From Oopsacas minuta (lineage: Eukaryota; Animalia; Porifera), in the NCBI GenBank assembly GCA_024704765.1, contig JAKMXF010000133.1:434001-498000 (forward strand): a stretch of 64,000 bases of DNA, given 5' to 3'. How positions within the stretch are numbered: the stretch's first letter is position 1; the number at the start of each line of letters is the position of its first letter. This document shows positions 21,876-32,800 of this stretch, piece by piece. Below the pieces are notes generated by a model, which made no database searches, had not been told where the DNA came from, and saw only the letters and a program-made list of their open reading frames with translations. The position numbers and the translations under genes are program-made.

Positions 21876-23477
21876 ATGATGCAAGACTCTATCAAGGTAG
21901 GTGAGATACTTCACGATACGTTTACACGGTTAAACTCATCAGAACCTGTAGGGATATCTCATATATTTTGTGATTTGCTAAAGTACTATACAACTGAGCC
22001 CTTATCCGCTGGAGAGCAGATAATCCTATCCCATAGTTTGTTGGAACAAGGCATATTGGATATTGTATTAGATCTTCTAGTAACTGAAACTATTTACCTT
22101 GGTATTTATGTCAATTTATTGACCCTCACTGTAACGCTTCTGACAACTTCAAAAGATCCAACTATAATTCAGAATAAGTATAATATCAATGAGAGTAAAC
22201 TGAATAAAATCGTAAACTCTCTCTTCACAGCTGTGCACAATGCCCTCAATGCTCAGCTCTCAGATAGAGCAGACTATTTATGCCCGATTACTGGCCAATG
22301 TTTGTCGCATTTACAGAGTTTAGCGGAAAGTTTCGGCTCAATTCGATTGATGATTATCTCATCTCCGTCATTTTTGTATTTGATCGTTAGAGACGATGGT
22401 ACAGTTACACTCCCGATACTTTCTTGTTTGCATTCTCTTCTCAAAATCAGTATTGACGATTTAAAAACATTAAAATCCAATTTGGTGTACAATCTTCTTG
22501 ATCAGCTGATTTTAAAACTAGGCCAGAAAGATATGAAAATTGCTTCTAAATCTATCCAATCAATTCATATACTAATATTCAAGTGTACACAATTGCAACC
22601 AGATCGTCTTAGTAAGAGATACAAGGGTGTATCCCATGTCATTAAGAGATGGCAAGGAAATGATTTTGATGACATTTTGAGTGAAGTTATTTTCAAACTG
22701 GACCCTAGTGTTAGATTTGAGGACGAGAGGTATACTGCAGCGAGTGTCATACAAGCACATTGGAGGGGGTATCATAAGAGGAAACGATTGATTGAACTTA
22801 GGAAAGTTGTCATCAGTCTACAGTCTAGGATTAGATTCAAAAGGTGGACTAGTGTATTCAACCGTAGGTGTGAAAAAGCAAAGTTATTGAAATATTTGAT
22901 GAAAAGCGATCAGATTATGGATTACTCGATACAACAACAGACTGAAGTTTTTAAAACAGTTGAGAAGTTACCTGCTTACAAAATTCATAAATATTTTGAA
23001 AAGCAACGAAAAATGGCTGCTATAACAATACAAAACGGTTGGCGTTGTCATAAAAGTAAAGTACTACTGTTAAGATTGAGAAAGGAACGTGGAAGACTTA
23101 TGGAGACTAGTGCCATTACAATACAACGAGAATTCAGAAAATATTTGTTGAATCAACAAAAGAAATTTGAAATCGATCAGGAGATCAGAAACTGGAGGGA
23201 ATCCTACAAATCAGACTGGGATCATGGTGTGGAATTACTTAACGAACAACAGAACAAAGTTACTGAAATATTGAAACAGTATTATGAAGATTATCCAGAA
23301 AGTTGTCAACGATTACAGAATTGTCAAGATATTGTGAAAAATATAAAGCTAAGTTTTGATCTTTTGATAAACACTTCAAAACTTCCTGAACCTGAGACTG
23401 ATTTGAAATATTCTATACCAAAAACAAGAACAGAATCTCTAACTAAAAGCAAGATAAGCAAACAAGGGCGAACTTAA
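21876..23477 (+). CDS. IQCB1: IQ calmodulin-binding protein (nephrocystin-5-like), intronless
   Basis: N-terminal helical region followed by IQ motifs AASVIQAHWRGYHKRKRL, LQSRIR, AAITIQNGWR, AITIQREFR; layout as in IQCB1/NPHP5. Confidence 0.8.
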   Translation: MMQDSIKVGEILHDTFTRLNSSEPVGISHIFCDLLKYYTTEPLSAGEQIILSHSLLEQGILDIVLDLLVTETIYLGIYVNLLTLTVTLLTTSKDPTIIQNKYNINESKLNKIVNSLFTAVHNALNAQLSDRADYLCPITGQCLSHLQSLAESFGSIRLMIISSPSFLYLIVRDDGTVTLPILSCLHSLLKISIDDLKTLKSNLVYNLLDQLILKLGQKDMKIASKSIQSIHILIFKCTQLQPDRLSKRYKGVSHVIKRWQGNDFDDILSEVIFKLDPSVRFEDERYTAASVIQAHWRGYHKRKRLIELRKVVISLQSRIRFKRWTSVFNRRCEKAKLLKYLMKSDQIMDYSIQQQTEVFKTVEKLPAYKIHKYFEKQRKMAAITIQNGWRCHKSKVLLLRLRKERGRLMETSAITIQREFRKYLLNQQKKFEIDQEIRNWRESYKSDWDHGVELLNEQQNKVTEILKQYYEDYPESCQRLQNCQDIVKNIKLSFDLLINTSKLPEPETDLKYSIPKTRTESLTKSKISKQGRT

Positions 23478-23797
23478 ATATCACCATAGCATTGATATAA
23501 CAAATAAATGGATATATGCTTTAAGTAATTATTCATGATTTTTTCTTGTTTCAAGCATTCTAATACATAGGTCTTTGTACTCTAATATCATTATCAATTT
23601 GACAAAATTATTGGCGAATTTAACACGTGTTCTCTATACGATTATCAATTATAATACAATCAGCTGAGGTGTTTAGCGACCACTGTTGCATAATAATAAT
23701 CCAAATAATTTGCAATTTCTATTATATTGGGAAAGGTGTGTTTTATCAACTATGTTCGCCTTTATAAGTTCATGATCCATTGCATTAGTTCACCATT

Positions 23798-24743
23798 CTC
23801 CTGCAGCAAACCTTACAAAACCTATACATGTAGATAGAGTCTAGCACACTTGCGTACAGTTTGTTATTATTTGTTGAATTCAAACAAATTCATATATATA
23901 TTTAATGATTAGGCCATGTAAAATAAAATACTTGTTTCTCATCCATTTTTTTCTACGAAATAGGGGCGGAAGGCGGCATTTTATTTTTATTTTTGCATAG
24001 CTTAATTTTACTAATTTATTTAAACTATCTCGTTAATACGAATTTCTGATAAGACGAACAATATTCGTACATAATCAGGTCCCTACAATCGTACTTCAAT
24101 GGATATTACTCCGGTTTATGAGCTCCAGAAAGGCGAATAAATTTTAACAGTACGGTCCATTGGTGTTCGTATTAAGCTTACACTGTATATAGGAAAACGC
24201 GATTAATCTATAATTGTATATAATAATAATGATAAAAATAATAATAACAAATTTTAGTGCACACCCCAGGGCTGATTTTTGCCATGCAGGGAGGGGTATT
24301 TAGGCCTGACTCGGACAGGTTTGAGTCTTGGACGAAAATTCACACCTGACGAAATCATCAACGGAGTGTATTCTAGCTTTACATCCTCGCACGTTACACC
24401 GCCACTCCTTTTTGATAGCTCCCCGATGGAAAATATACAAATATCCGTCGTGGGATAATTTGTTAGTCCCCTTTGAAGATTTGACTATTTGGAATGAAGT
24501 ATCGCTATTAGCAGACATTAGATACTTGGTGATAAAATATCCAGCTCATCCAATGCATTTTATATATCTCGAAATAATTTTGTAATTAGAGTTTATTTAT
24601 CTGTGAAACCTTTAAGTAACTTGTCAAATATACATTACATTGTACACAACTGTGATGTACGCAACTGTGAACTATAAACATTGTACGCAAATGTGCGGCT
24701 CCCTGTAGATATGTAGAGGTTTTTGTAAGGTTTGCTGCAGGAG
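23798..24743 (-). mobile_element. Non-autonomous Mutator-like (MULE) element with truncated FLYWCH transposase N-terminus
   Basis: ~65-bp imperfect TIRs (CTCCTGCAGCAAACCTTACAAAA..CCTNTACAT....GCACANTTGCGTACA) at both ends; ORF 24518-24300 KSSKGTNKLSHDGYLY...WRCNVRGCKARIH is a FLYWCH zinc finger that lacks its final His; no clear 9-bp TSD. Confidence 0.75.
24025..24187. mobile_element. MITE family C copy nested inside the MULE
   Basis: Internal AATCAGGTCCCTACAAT...TACTCCGG and end GTTCGTATTAAGCTTACACTGTA resemble 28972-29125. Confidence 0.6.
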
Positions 24744-25248
24744 TTCGTGTCTATTTTATGTAGCACAAAGGGGGGTTCAGAGTTCAGAATGTGGTCCATT
24801 CTTTGCATGGTTACGGGTACGTATTTCTGCTTACGTTAAACTGCAGCTGATCTGATCTATAATCAATTAATTAACGTCTATTATTACTCTGGACTGATGC
24901 AATATTGACTTACTTGGTAGACATTAATATTTGACCACAATTAGTAAAATTGAGCTTGTTAGGACTTTAAAATTATCTTCCCATAACTGTTTATATTGCA
25001 ATCTATGCCTTATTTTTTCAGTTCTAGCCTACGCCATGATAACACACTGCTCAAACTTGTATTGAACTACACAAGTTGATTGATCACGTAAGTATATTTT
25101 CACACATTCTTAGGGGTGGACTAGCGGACAACAATCGCTTGTAATTTTCTGAGGGTGCTAAATTTATCTGTTCATAACGAAGAGTATTTCTGTTTGATTG
25201 AATTATGTTTCTTAAGATTTATTCAAAAGCAATCGAGAGGGAGAGACA

Positions 25249-28200
25249 ATGGAGCACAACTACTCTGTTGCCACACAGAATAAGTATAGTTTTCTTGGAG
25301 ATGGGGAGGATTCAGGTGATATAGATGCTGATATGGCTGCTCTCAAACTCAGCAGAGAGAAAGAGAAGAAGGAAAAGGCCAAGAAAGGAAAAACTTCTGA
25401 AAAAACAGGTAATATAATTGCTGAACAGTGTTTAGATGAGATTTATTTGATTTATGCTTTCAGATTCCAAAAAGGAAGATGTACAGAAATCCCCATCAAA
25501 GCCACAAGGGGGGTCTAAAGGAGATGGAGGGCGTAACGCCTCAAATGACTTGAATCGGGGTGATAATTCAGTTTCTGGTAATAAACAGAAACCGAGATCA
25601 GACAAAACTCAAACTGGAGGAGATGATCAGCGGGATAACAGAGGAGGATATAGCAATTCCAATCGTGACAATTTCCGAGACGATAGAGGAGGACGTGGTG
25701 GTCAAGACGGTGATCGTCCTTATCGTAGAGATGGAGACAACAGGTCCTTCCATAGAGACGGAGATTCAAATGACCGCGGGCCTCGTAGAGATGACAGAGG
25801 ATATCGTAAAGAGGGAGGCTTCAATAGAGACAGGAATAATGATCGTAAGGAAGGGGATGGATTCGATAGAGGATCACGTGATGATAGGACCAGAGGTGAA
25901 GGAGGGCGTGGACCTCGTGAAGGGGGGTTCCAGCGTAGAGATTATGGTGATAGAGACAGGGGTGAGCGAGGAGGATTTGATAGAGATCGTGGTCGTCGTG
26001 ATGATCGAGATGGAGATCAGAGTGGATTCAGGTCAGACCGTAGAGATGGAGACAGAGGATTTCGTGGTGGTGATAGGGGAGATAGATCATTCCATAGTGA
26101 CCGGAGTTATAGGCGAGATGATGGCAGTGGAGGAGATCGTCCTTTCCGTAGAGATAATGAGCGGTACCGTCGTGACGATGAGAACCGGAACTTCTCCCGA
26201 AGAGACGAGGACAGAGACAGAGGCGGAATCAAGAGAGAGGATGGCGATCGTGGTGGTTTCAAGCGAGACAGCCGTTACGGAGATAGATATCGTGAAGAGG
26301 GTGGGGGACGTCCCGCAAGATCAAGAGACCGCTTGTCCGAGAGTTCAGATAAAGCTGTTGGAGATGACGTAGAAGCTTGGGATGACACTGGTGAAGAAAA
26401 AGACCACAGGAATGCGGAAAACCGTTACGTAAAAGGGAAATACAGAGCTGAAAAAGGGAAAGACAGTAATTTCCCAAGACGACAGTACGATCGTCAGAGC
26501 GGCAACGAAAAATCGTAAGTTTTGTTGAACACTTATTTCGAATTCTATCATATTTGTTTTTAAATTTGGAAATTACACGGCTATTTATTCGGACTATGTT
26601 AGATCTTTTCATGGATCCAGCAAACGGCAAGGATCTGGTTCATACAACTGGGGCGACGAGAAAGACGAACTAGAAGGGTAAGCCCTTATATATATTTTGT
26701 AAATATTTCCTGGTTTGATCTATTTTATCCTGTATCAATATGTATCAATTGTATTCTAGACAAGATGACGCTGATGTAGGGTCTGGTAAAGATGAAGAAA
26801 ACGGAGAACCAAAGCAGAAACCACAAACTAAAGAAAACGAGTAAGCAAACAATTGTCCTAATTATATAATGTTTGTTATGAATCATTTTATGAGTTGGTG
26901 TATTATGTATTGATTATCCCATTTCGTATCTACGTACGTGTTTACCCTTTGGACTCTCATTGCCATACACATACACGTATGTAATATACAATTGCTAGTA
27001 TTTTGTCTAGAATGTAATGTCTGTGTAAACATTCTAATTTGTAAGTTAATTGGGTCAAAGTACAAATATTTGAGGTATTTTTATCTCTAGGAATTCATAA
27101 TTTTCAGCCAAAAACAATATTATTTGCTTCTCTTACTATTTTGTTAATCTAATGATTGCTATTTCGATTGAGAATTAATCAATTGTGTTTCTTGAATATA
27201 TCTACGTAGTTGCAAATTGCAATTGTCGATAATGTGTGACGTATTTACTTACTAATTTCATGTATTTCAGAGCTGTTGATAAAGAGGAGAAGAAAGATAA
27301 TCAGGATAAGCCAGATGTCCCGACACGAACCATGGATGAGTATAAAAGGCAATGGGGAGATGAGAAGTTTGATTTCGAGTACGATATCCGTCAAGTTGAT
27401 AAGGAGAGCTCTAACACTAAATGGAAAGGAGCGAAACCTATTGCTCGTAAAGAAGAAAACTATTTTTCCCCATATTATGTAAATATTTTCTATACAACAG
27501 TCATATGTTAGCAGAATTTATTGTAGTATTTTGTATCTAGGAAGAAGTTGAGAAAGTAAAAACTTCTGGTCGTAAGAAGGAAGCCGTACAATTGAATGTG
27601 AGATTCTCAGAACCTCCTACTAAGAAGAGAGAAGGAGGAAGATGGGGAGATAGAGACAGAGATGGAACCTATAAAGATAAGTTTGGGGATAGACCGAGGG
27701 ATAAGGAGCAATTCGGTGATAAATCAAGATTTGGAGATAGGCAGAGAGATAGTACTCTTAGAGAAGGATTTGGAGATAGGAATAGGGATAGGAACGGTTT
27801 GGGGGATAGGGACAGTGATAGAGATAGAGAAGGGTCTAGGGGAGGCTTTGGAGATAAAGATAGGGACAGGGATAGAGAAGAATCTAGGGGTGGATTTGGA
27901 GACAGGAATAGGGATAGAGACGGTCCTCGTGAAGAATTTGGAGATAGGGACAGAGGTCGAGAAGGGTCTAGAGGAGGCTTTGGAGGCAGAAATAGAGATC
28001 GTGACGGTCATCGTGAAGCTTTTGGGGATAGGGACAGAGGTAAAGAAGTTTTCGGCGATAGGAATAGGAATCGAGATGGTCCTAGAGAAGTCTTTGATAG
28101 AGACAAGGATAGAGATGGAGGTTCCCGCGGTGGATTTAGCAGGGATAGAGATCGTGACGGTCCACGTGAAGGACTTGGAGACAGGAATAAAGATCGAGAC

Positions 28201-28641
28201 GGCTTTGGTGATAGGAATAGGGATCGAGACGGCTTTGGTGATAGGAATAGGGATCGAGACGGCTTTGGTGATAGGAATAGGGATCGAGACAGCTTTGGTG
28301 ATAGGAATAGGGATCGTGACGGCTTTGGTGATAGGAATAGGGATCGTGACGGCTTTGGTGATAGGAATAGGGATCGTGACGGCTTTGGTGATAGGAATAG
28401 GGATCGTGACGGCTTTGGTGATAGGAATAGGGATCGTGACGGCTTTGGTGATAGGAATAGGGATCGTGACGGCCCTAGAGATAGAGAAGGAAGGGATGGA
28501 GGATCTCGTCGAATTGGAGACAGGGACAGGGAACGCAGAGGAGCCTACAGGAGAGAGGAGTATGAACAGAGGGATGAACGTCCTAGAGATAAGGACTACA
28601 GTTTTAAAGAGGAAGAATTCCCTTCTCTTGCAAACAAATAG
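25249..28641 (+). CDS. SERBP1: SERBP1/HABP4/Stm1-family RNA-binding protein with large Arg/Asp/Gly expansions (multi-exon)
   Basis: N-terminal YSVATQNKYSFL (N-R/K-F/Y motif), RRQYDRQSG...SYNWGDEKDE, TMDEYK, FEYDIRQ, QLNVRFSEP, C-terminal EEEFPSLA. Confidence 0.85.
28201..28470 (+). repeat. Coding minisatellite, 9 x 30 bp encoding GFGDRNRDRD
   Basis: GGCTTTGGTGATAGGAATAGGGATCG(A/T)GAC; units 1-3 end GAGAC, units 4-9 end GTGAC, unit 4 starts AGC. Confidence 0.97.
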
Positions 28642-28971
28642 TTCTCTCCTTCTGTCTCTCCCTCTCTCGTAGCTCTAGTTATCATCAGTCGTCTTACTTT
28701 CCACTCTTTATCTAACTGAGAGGGCGTATCTCTACCTGAACAATATTTTAGTTATCTATATCTACCCCATAGATAATCCATAGATACTTGGGTGTAGTAG
28801 TTCTGTTAATCTAATTTGACATTCTATTCTCTCTATCTTGTGTATGTGTATTGTCGTTCTAATTCCATTATTGTTATATCCCTTTGTGAAAATTTAATAT
28901 ACAATCGAAAGGGAAGTTCGCGTGTAAATGGCAGGCGCATGCGTTCATTGTATACGTTATGTAATTACATA

Positions 28972-29125
28972 CAGTGGATCTCGAATACGAACATCGGAAC
29001 ACGGTTCTATGGACTAATAATTGCACCAAATCAGACCCCTATAATGTTTATTCAATTGGTACTACTCCGGATAAAGCGAATATATTTTGACGTTCTTGAT
29101 GTTCGTATTTGTCGAAGTTTCACTG
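28972..29125. mobile_element. MITE family C (Tc1/mariner-type)
   Basis: TA|CAGTGGATCTCGAATACGAAC ... GTTCGTATTTGTCGAAGTTTCACTG imperfect TIRs. Confidence 0.65.
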
Positions 29126-29842
29126 CATTTATTTTGTCCCCCTCCAAACGGCTAAGATTAATAAACGCTAATATTCGAAGGAATTCCGTATTTTCTGTCA
29201 GTTTTCTATTGCTAAAAGTCCTCTGACCTCTAAAACAATTCGTGAGCTGCATGTCTACCTTACCAGCTGTACAATATACATTATCAGCTATCATACCGAC
29301 TATTATGATAATTATTATTCCTTAAGTATGTATGTACTTGCAATTGTGTTCATATACAAACATCTAATCATCAGTCAGTAGTATATAACTCACTTATTAT
29401 ATAATCAGGAGATTGGTTAGCTAGGGCATAAAACTGTATTTGTAAATTCTATTTTGATTTTAGTTAACTTTTGCAAGAGCTCAAGTAAGTATTGCTGTCT
29501 GAATTTTGTTTACAGCTAAATAATCGTGAGCACAAACAACAAATTATGTAATCATAACAATTTGGAACGGAAATTGTAACTATTTTCTTTTATGGAAATA
29601 GAATGATGTAATTCTTATTTAGAAGCTTTTATGTGATGATTGAAACAGAAAGGATTGGATTACTTTCTTATTCGTAGAAACAAACATTTTCACTCTTAAG
29701 TAATCTGTAATAGCTCAACTTGTTCAAATTACAGAATATTGTGTATTACTGTTCATTTCGCTATGGGACTTTCCAGTATTTCTTATATAAGCTTGCTCCA
29801 GTTTTTATAGGCATTTATTAGGTTTATTGAATTTAGTTTGTG

Positions 29843-32800
29843 ATGGCCTTTCTATCGAGCGAACTTCGTTCTAGTATTAGAGACGATAATTTGCATGATA
29901 TTATTCCGATTCTGGAACGCCTGTATTCGAGCAAACACCCCCCAAAGAAGCAATTTTTGAACTGGGGGCGAAGTGACGTCATGATGGCATTCTCTGATAA
30001 AGTAAATCCTCTGACTATTGAGAGAATTGTTTCATTTTTGGATAAATATCACAGAGAATCTCTTTTCAATTCTTCTCTCGGAACAGACCCAGAGGACTCA
30101 GATTTACTTATGGACTCTGTGAGTATATTAGAATAGTATTTTACGTATGTATTTATCTGTCATTGCATAATTGCCACAAATATTGATCCAGCATGCAGAA
30201 TCTGTTTATTTAACTAATTTTACTCTAAATGCAATGTCTACTGGTTGTAAGGTGTAATGAGCAGTATATGTTACTGTCTACACTGTAGATTAATCAGTTA
30301 ACTCGGTTACAGCATCATTACGAACTTAGAGTTTAATCGAATATAGCTTTGGTCGTACAAAAAATTGGGGTAGTATATTTTTGTTATTGCTATGTGGATC
30401 TTCTACTTCCTTGCATTTAGTTGGAAATTAGCACTGAGAAATGTATCCTAGTTTAGAATAGGTTCTTCTTTTCGTTTACATATTTGTGGCGTATTATATT
30501 ATCTGTATATTCTTGATCTGCATTGAACTTTGTATTTTTTCCTACCACGAATGCACTTATCCATATGGCAGGTACATAATTCAAATCTGTTTGAATCAGC
30601 TTTCTAAAACATGTTAGCTCTTGTAAACACACACTTATTAACTTTAAACTATTGTTTTAATTAATTTGACTCCATATTTGGAAACACAGCTAAATTTTTA
30701 TATTTTTGCTCCATTTCTAACTGAACACTCTGATTCGTTATTTTACAGAAACTGTGCACTGTTTGTTTACTTTATTGTTATAATGTTTCTTCTAAACTGA
30801 ACTTAACCATTTGATTAAATAATTTACAAAAGTATGTCCTTTTATGACAATTAAATATAACTATAATCTCACTCAATAATGCGCTCATACAAATATTACT
30901 ACTGCTCATTAACTTTTTCTAATTAGAGAAAATTATTTTAATTTTATGCCATCAACTTGTCGCGAACTTCTTTCTGAAATATTAGACTTTTATTGAATTG
31001 AGTACAAAAGATAACTACTCGATAGCTTTGTCACTTTTAACAGATATATGACTATACGTAAGGTCAGGCTAACAGCAATTGGATTGTACTAGAAATTGTA
31101 TCACTTGTTAAACTGGTCCATATGTTTGTTATAACAATGAGGGCGATTTTGTTTTCTGCTTGTACTTCGATTATCCATCAATTATACTATTCGATAGGTG
31201 AATAGATATCCTTATGGTAAGTAGAACGGCACGTCATATCTATATAATTCTGAAATATCATGAACTTGCGTATGTGTGTCTTAGTTTGATCAGTAATATC
31301 CGTAATTAGTAGATAATTAATTCCCAATTTAGCATAACTACTTCATTAATACGAAACCTGCTTTGCCATCTAAGTACGAAGTTCATCTCGTTATAATTGC
31401 ACTATTTTGATTCTCAAGTTTAATACTACCAGCTCCATATCAAAATCTAAGTTACCATCCGATATTACTTCTACAATCTGAAGCCCTTACATTCCAGTAT
31501 CTCATTTCACTGTTAGGAAGTCTCTTTCAGTCTGTTTATTATCATAGCCACGCAATTGATGAATTACTTTGCTTCGATTCTAATCTAGAATTATTGCTTT
31601 TACCCCTTCAGCGTTACTTACCACCCTTCTATATAGCGTAGATTCTATCCAGCAGATGTAAAGCTAATCATTAGTCCCATATTATTACTGGAATGTGAAG
31701 TTGCAGAATTGTATACTATTTAGTTATTTTCATTTGCTATAAGTTGTAATAAGGAAATTTCTTTCTCCATTCAATATTCATAATAGCAATATTGCTATGC
31801 ACATACATTGCGTATAAATGCGTGTGTATATAATTCTAGAGTTATTCATACAATTAATTTGTATATTCCTATTCTGGTAGTGATTTTAAAGTTCTGTCAT
31901 CTCAACATTTTCCAAAAATCTTCAGCCTTGTTTCTGTGTGTTATGTCAAAAAATCCTGTAGCAAGCAATATAAGTGTATCTCCTTTTTAGTTATTAGTTA
32001 AACGACCTCTTAATTTGGAGAAATGTATCTATTGAAGTTTGAACTTTATCTTAACAGGCTTGAAAATATCCATTAAATTATTTCTAATATAATTTTATAG
32101 TTAGACTTGATGAAAATTAGTTTTGGATTTTAATTGAAGACTCATGCTTAGTATTATTTGTTGTTTTGTTTAAATTCTGGCACAAATATAACCATTATGT
32201 GGTAAGAAAGAACGATCCATTCAATTTATCATTATGCACCCTCGTAATTAACCATCTAATGAAATTTCCAAACTTTTTTGTAGTGTCTGAGAAGGTTACA
32301 TAATGTATCTATGTGTTAGTGTATAAATTCTATTAGGGCATTTGTGTGTGGCATAGATTGATAATATCATTGTTTACACACATTATACACCCATCATAAT
32401 TACAATTATATACGTAATTGAAGACATACCAAATTCTCTTTAGACCAATCAATTCGACTCAATGCTTCTAATATCTATCGTTTGTTAATTAGTAAGATAG
32501 CGTTGCTGCATTTGAAACTGTCTCAAGGTTGCTAGCGGCCAACCTCGATCATTGACTGTCAGAAATTTGTACTGTACATCTTTTCAATAGCTTCCTGCAC
32601 AAACTTTGGTTTTAGTTATTCTAATCTTTCTCTTAAAGAGCTAATAGTATGTTTGGCTCAAATAATACAATGCATCTTCTGATAATTACTATCAAACTTG
32701 TGTACAAATTAAATCGAACCTTTAGCTAACAAGACGCTTATTAATGACTAATAGAATACAATTCACAAACAGTTCCTAAACTGTTAGTAATATTTATTAT

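Noticed and set aside
27662-28672. 336-aa alternative-frame ORF with hydrophobic (TALVIGIGIV)n repeats, and the similar 270-aa ORF at 25560-26372
   Set aside because: These are +1-frame shadows of the Arg/Asp/Gly codons of SERBP1, whose composition makes stops rare in that frame; no independent evidence of function.
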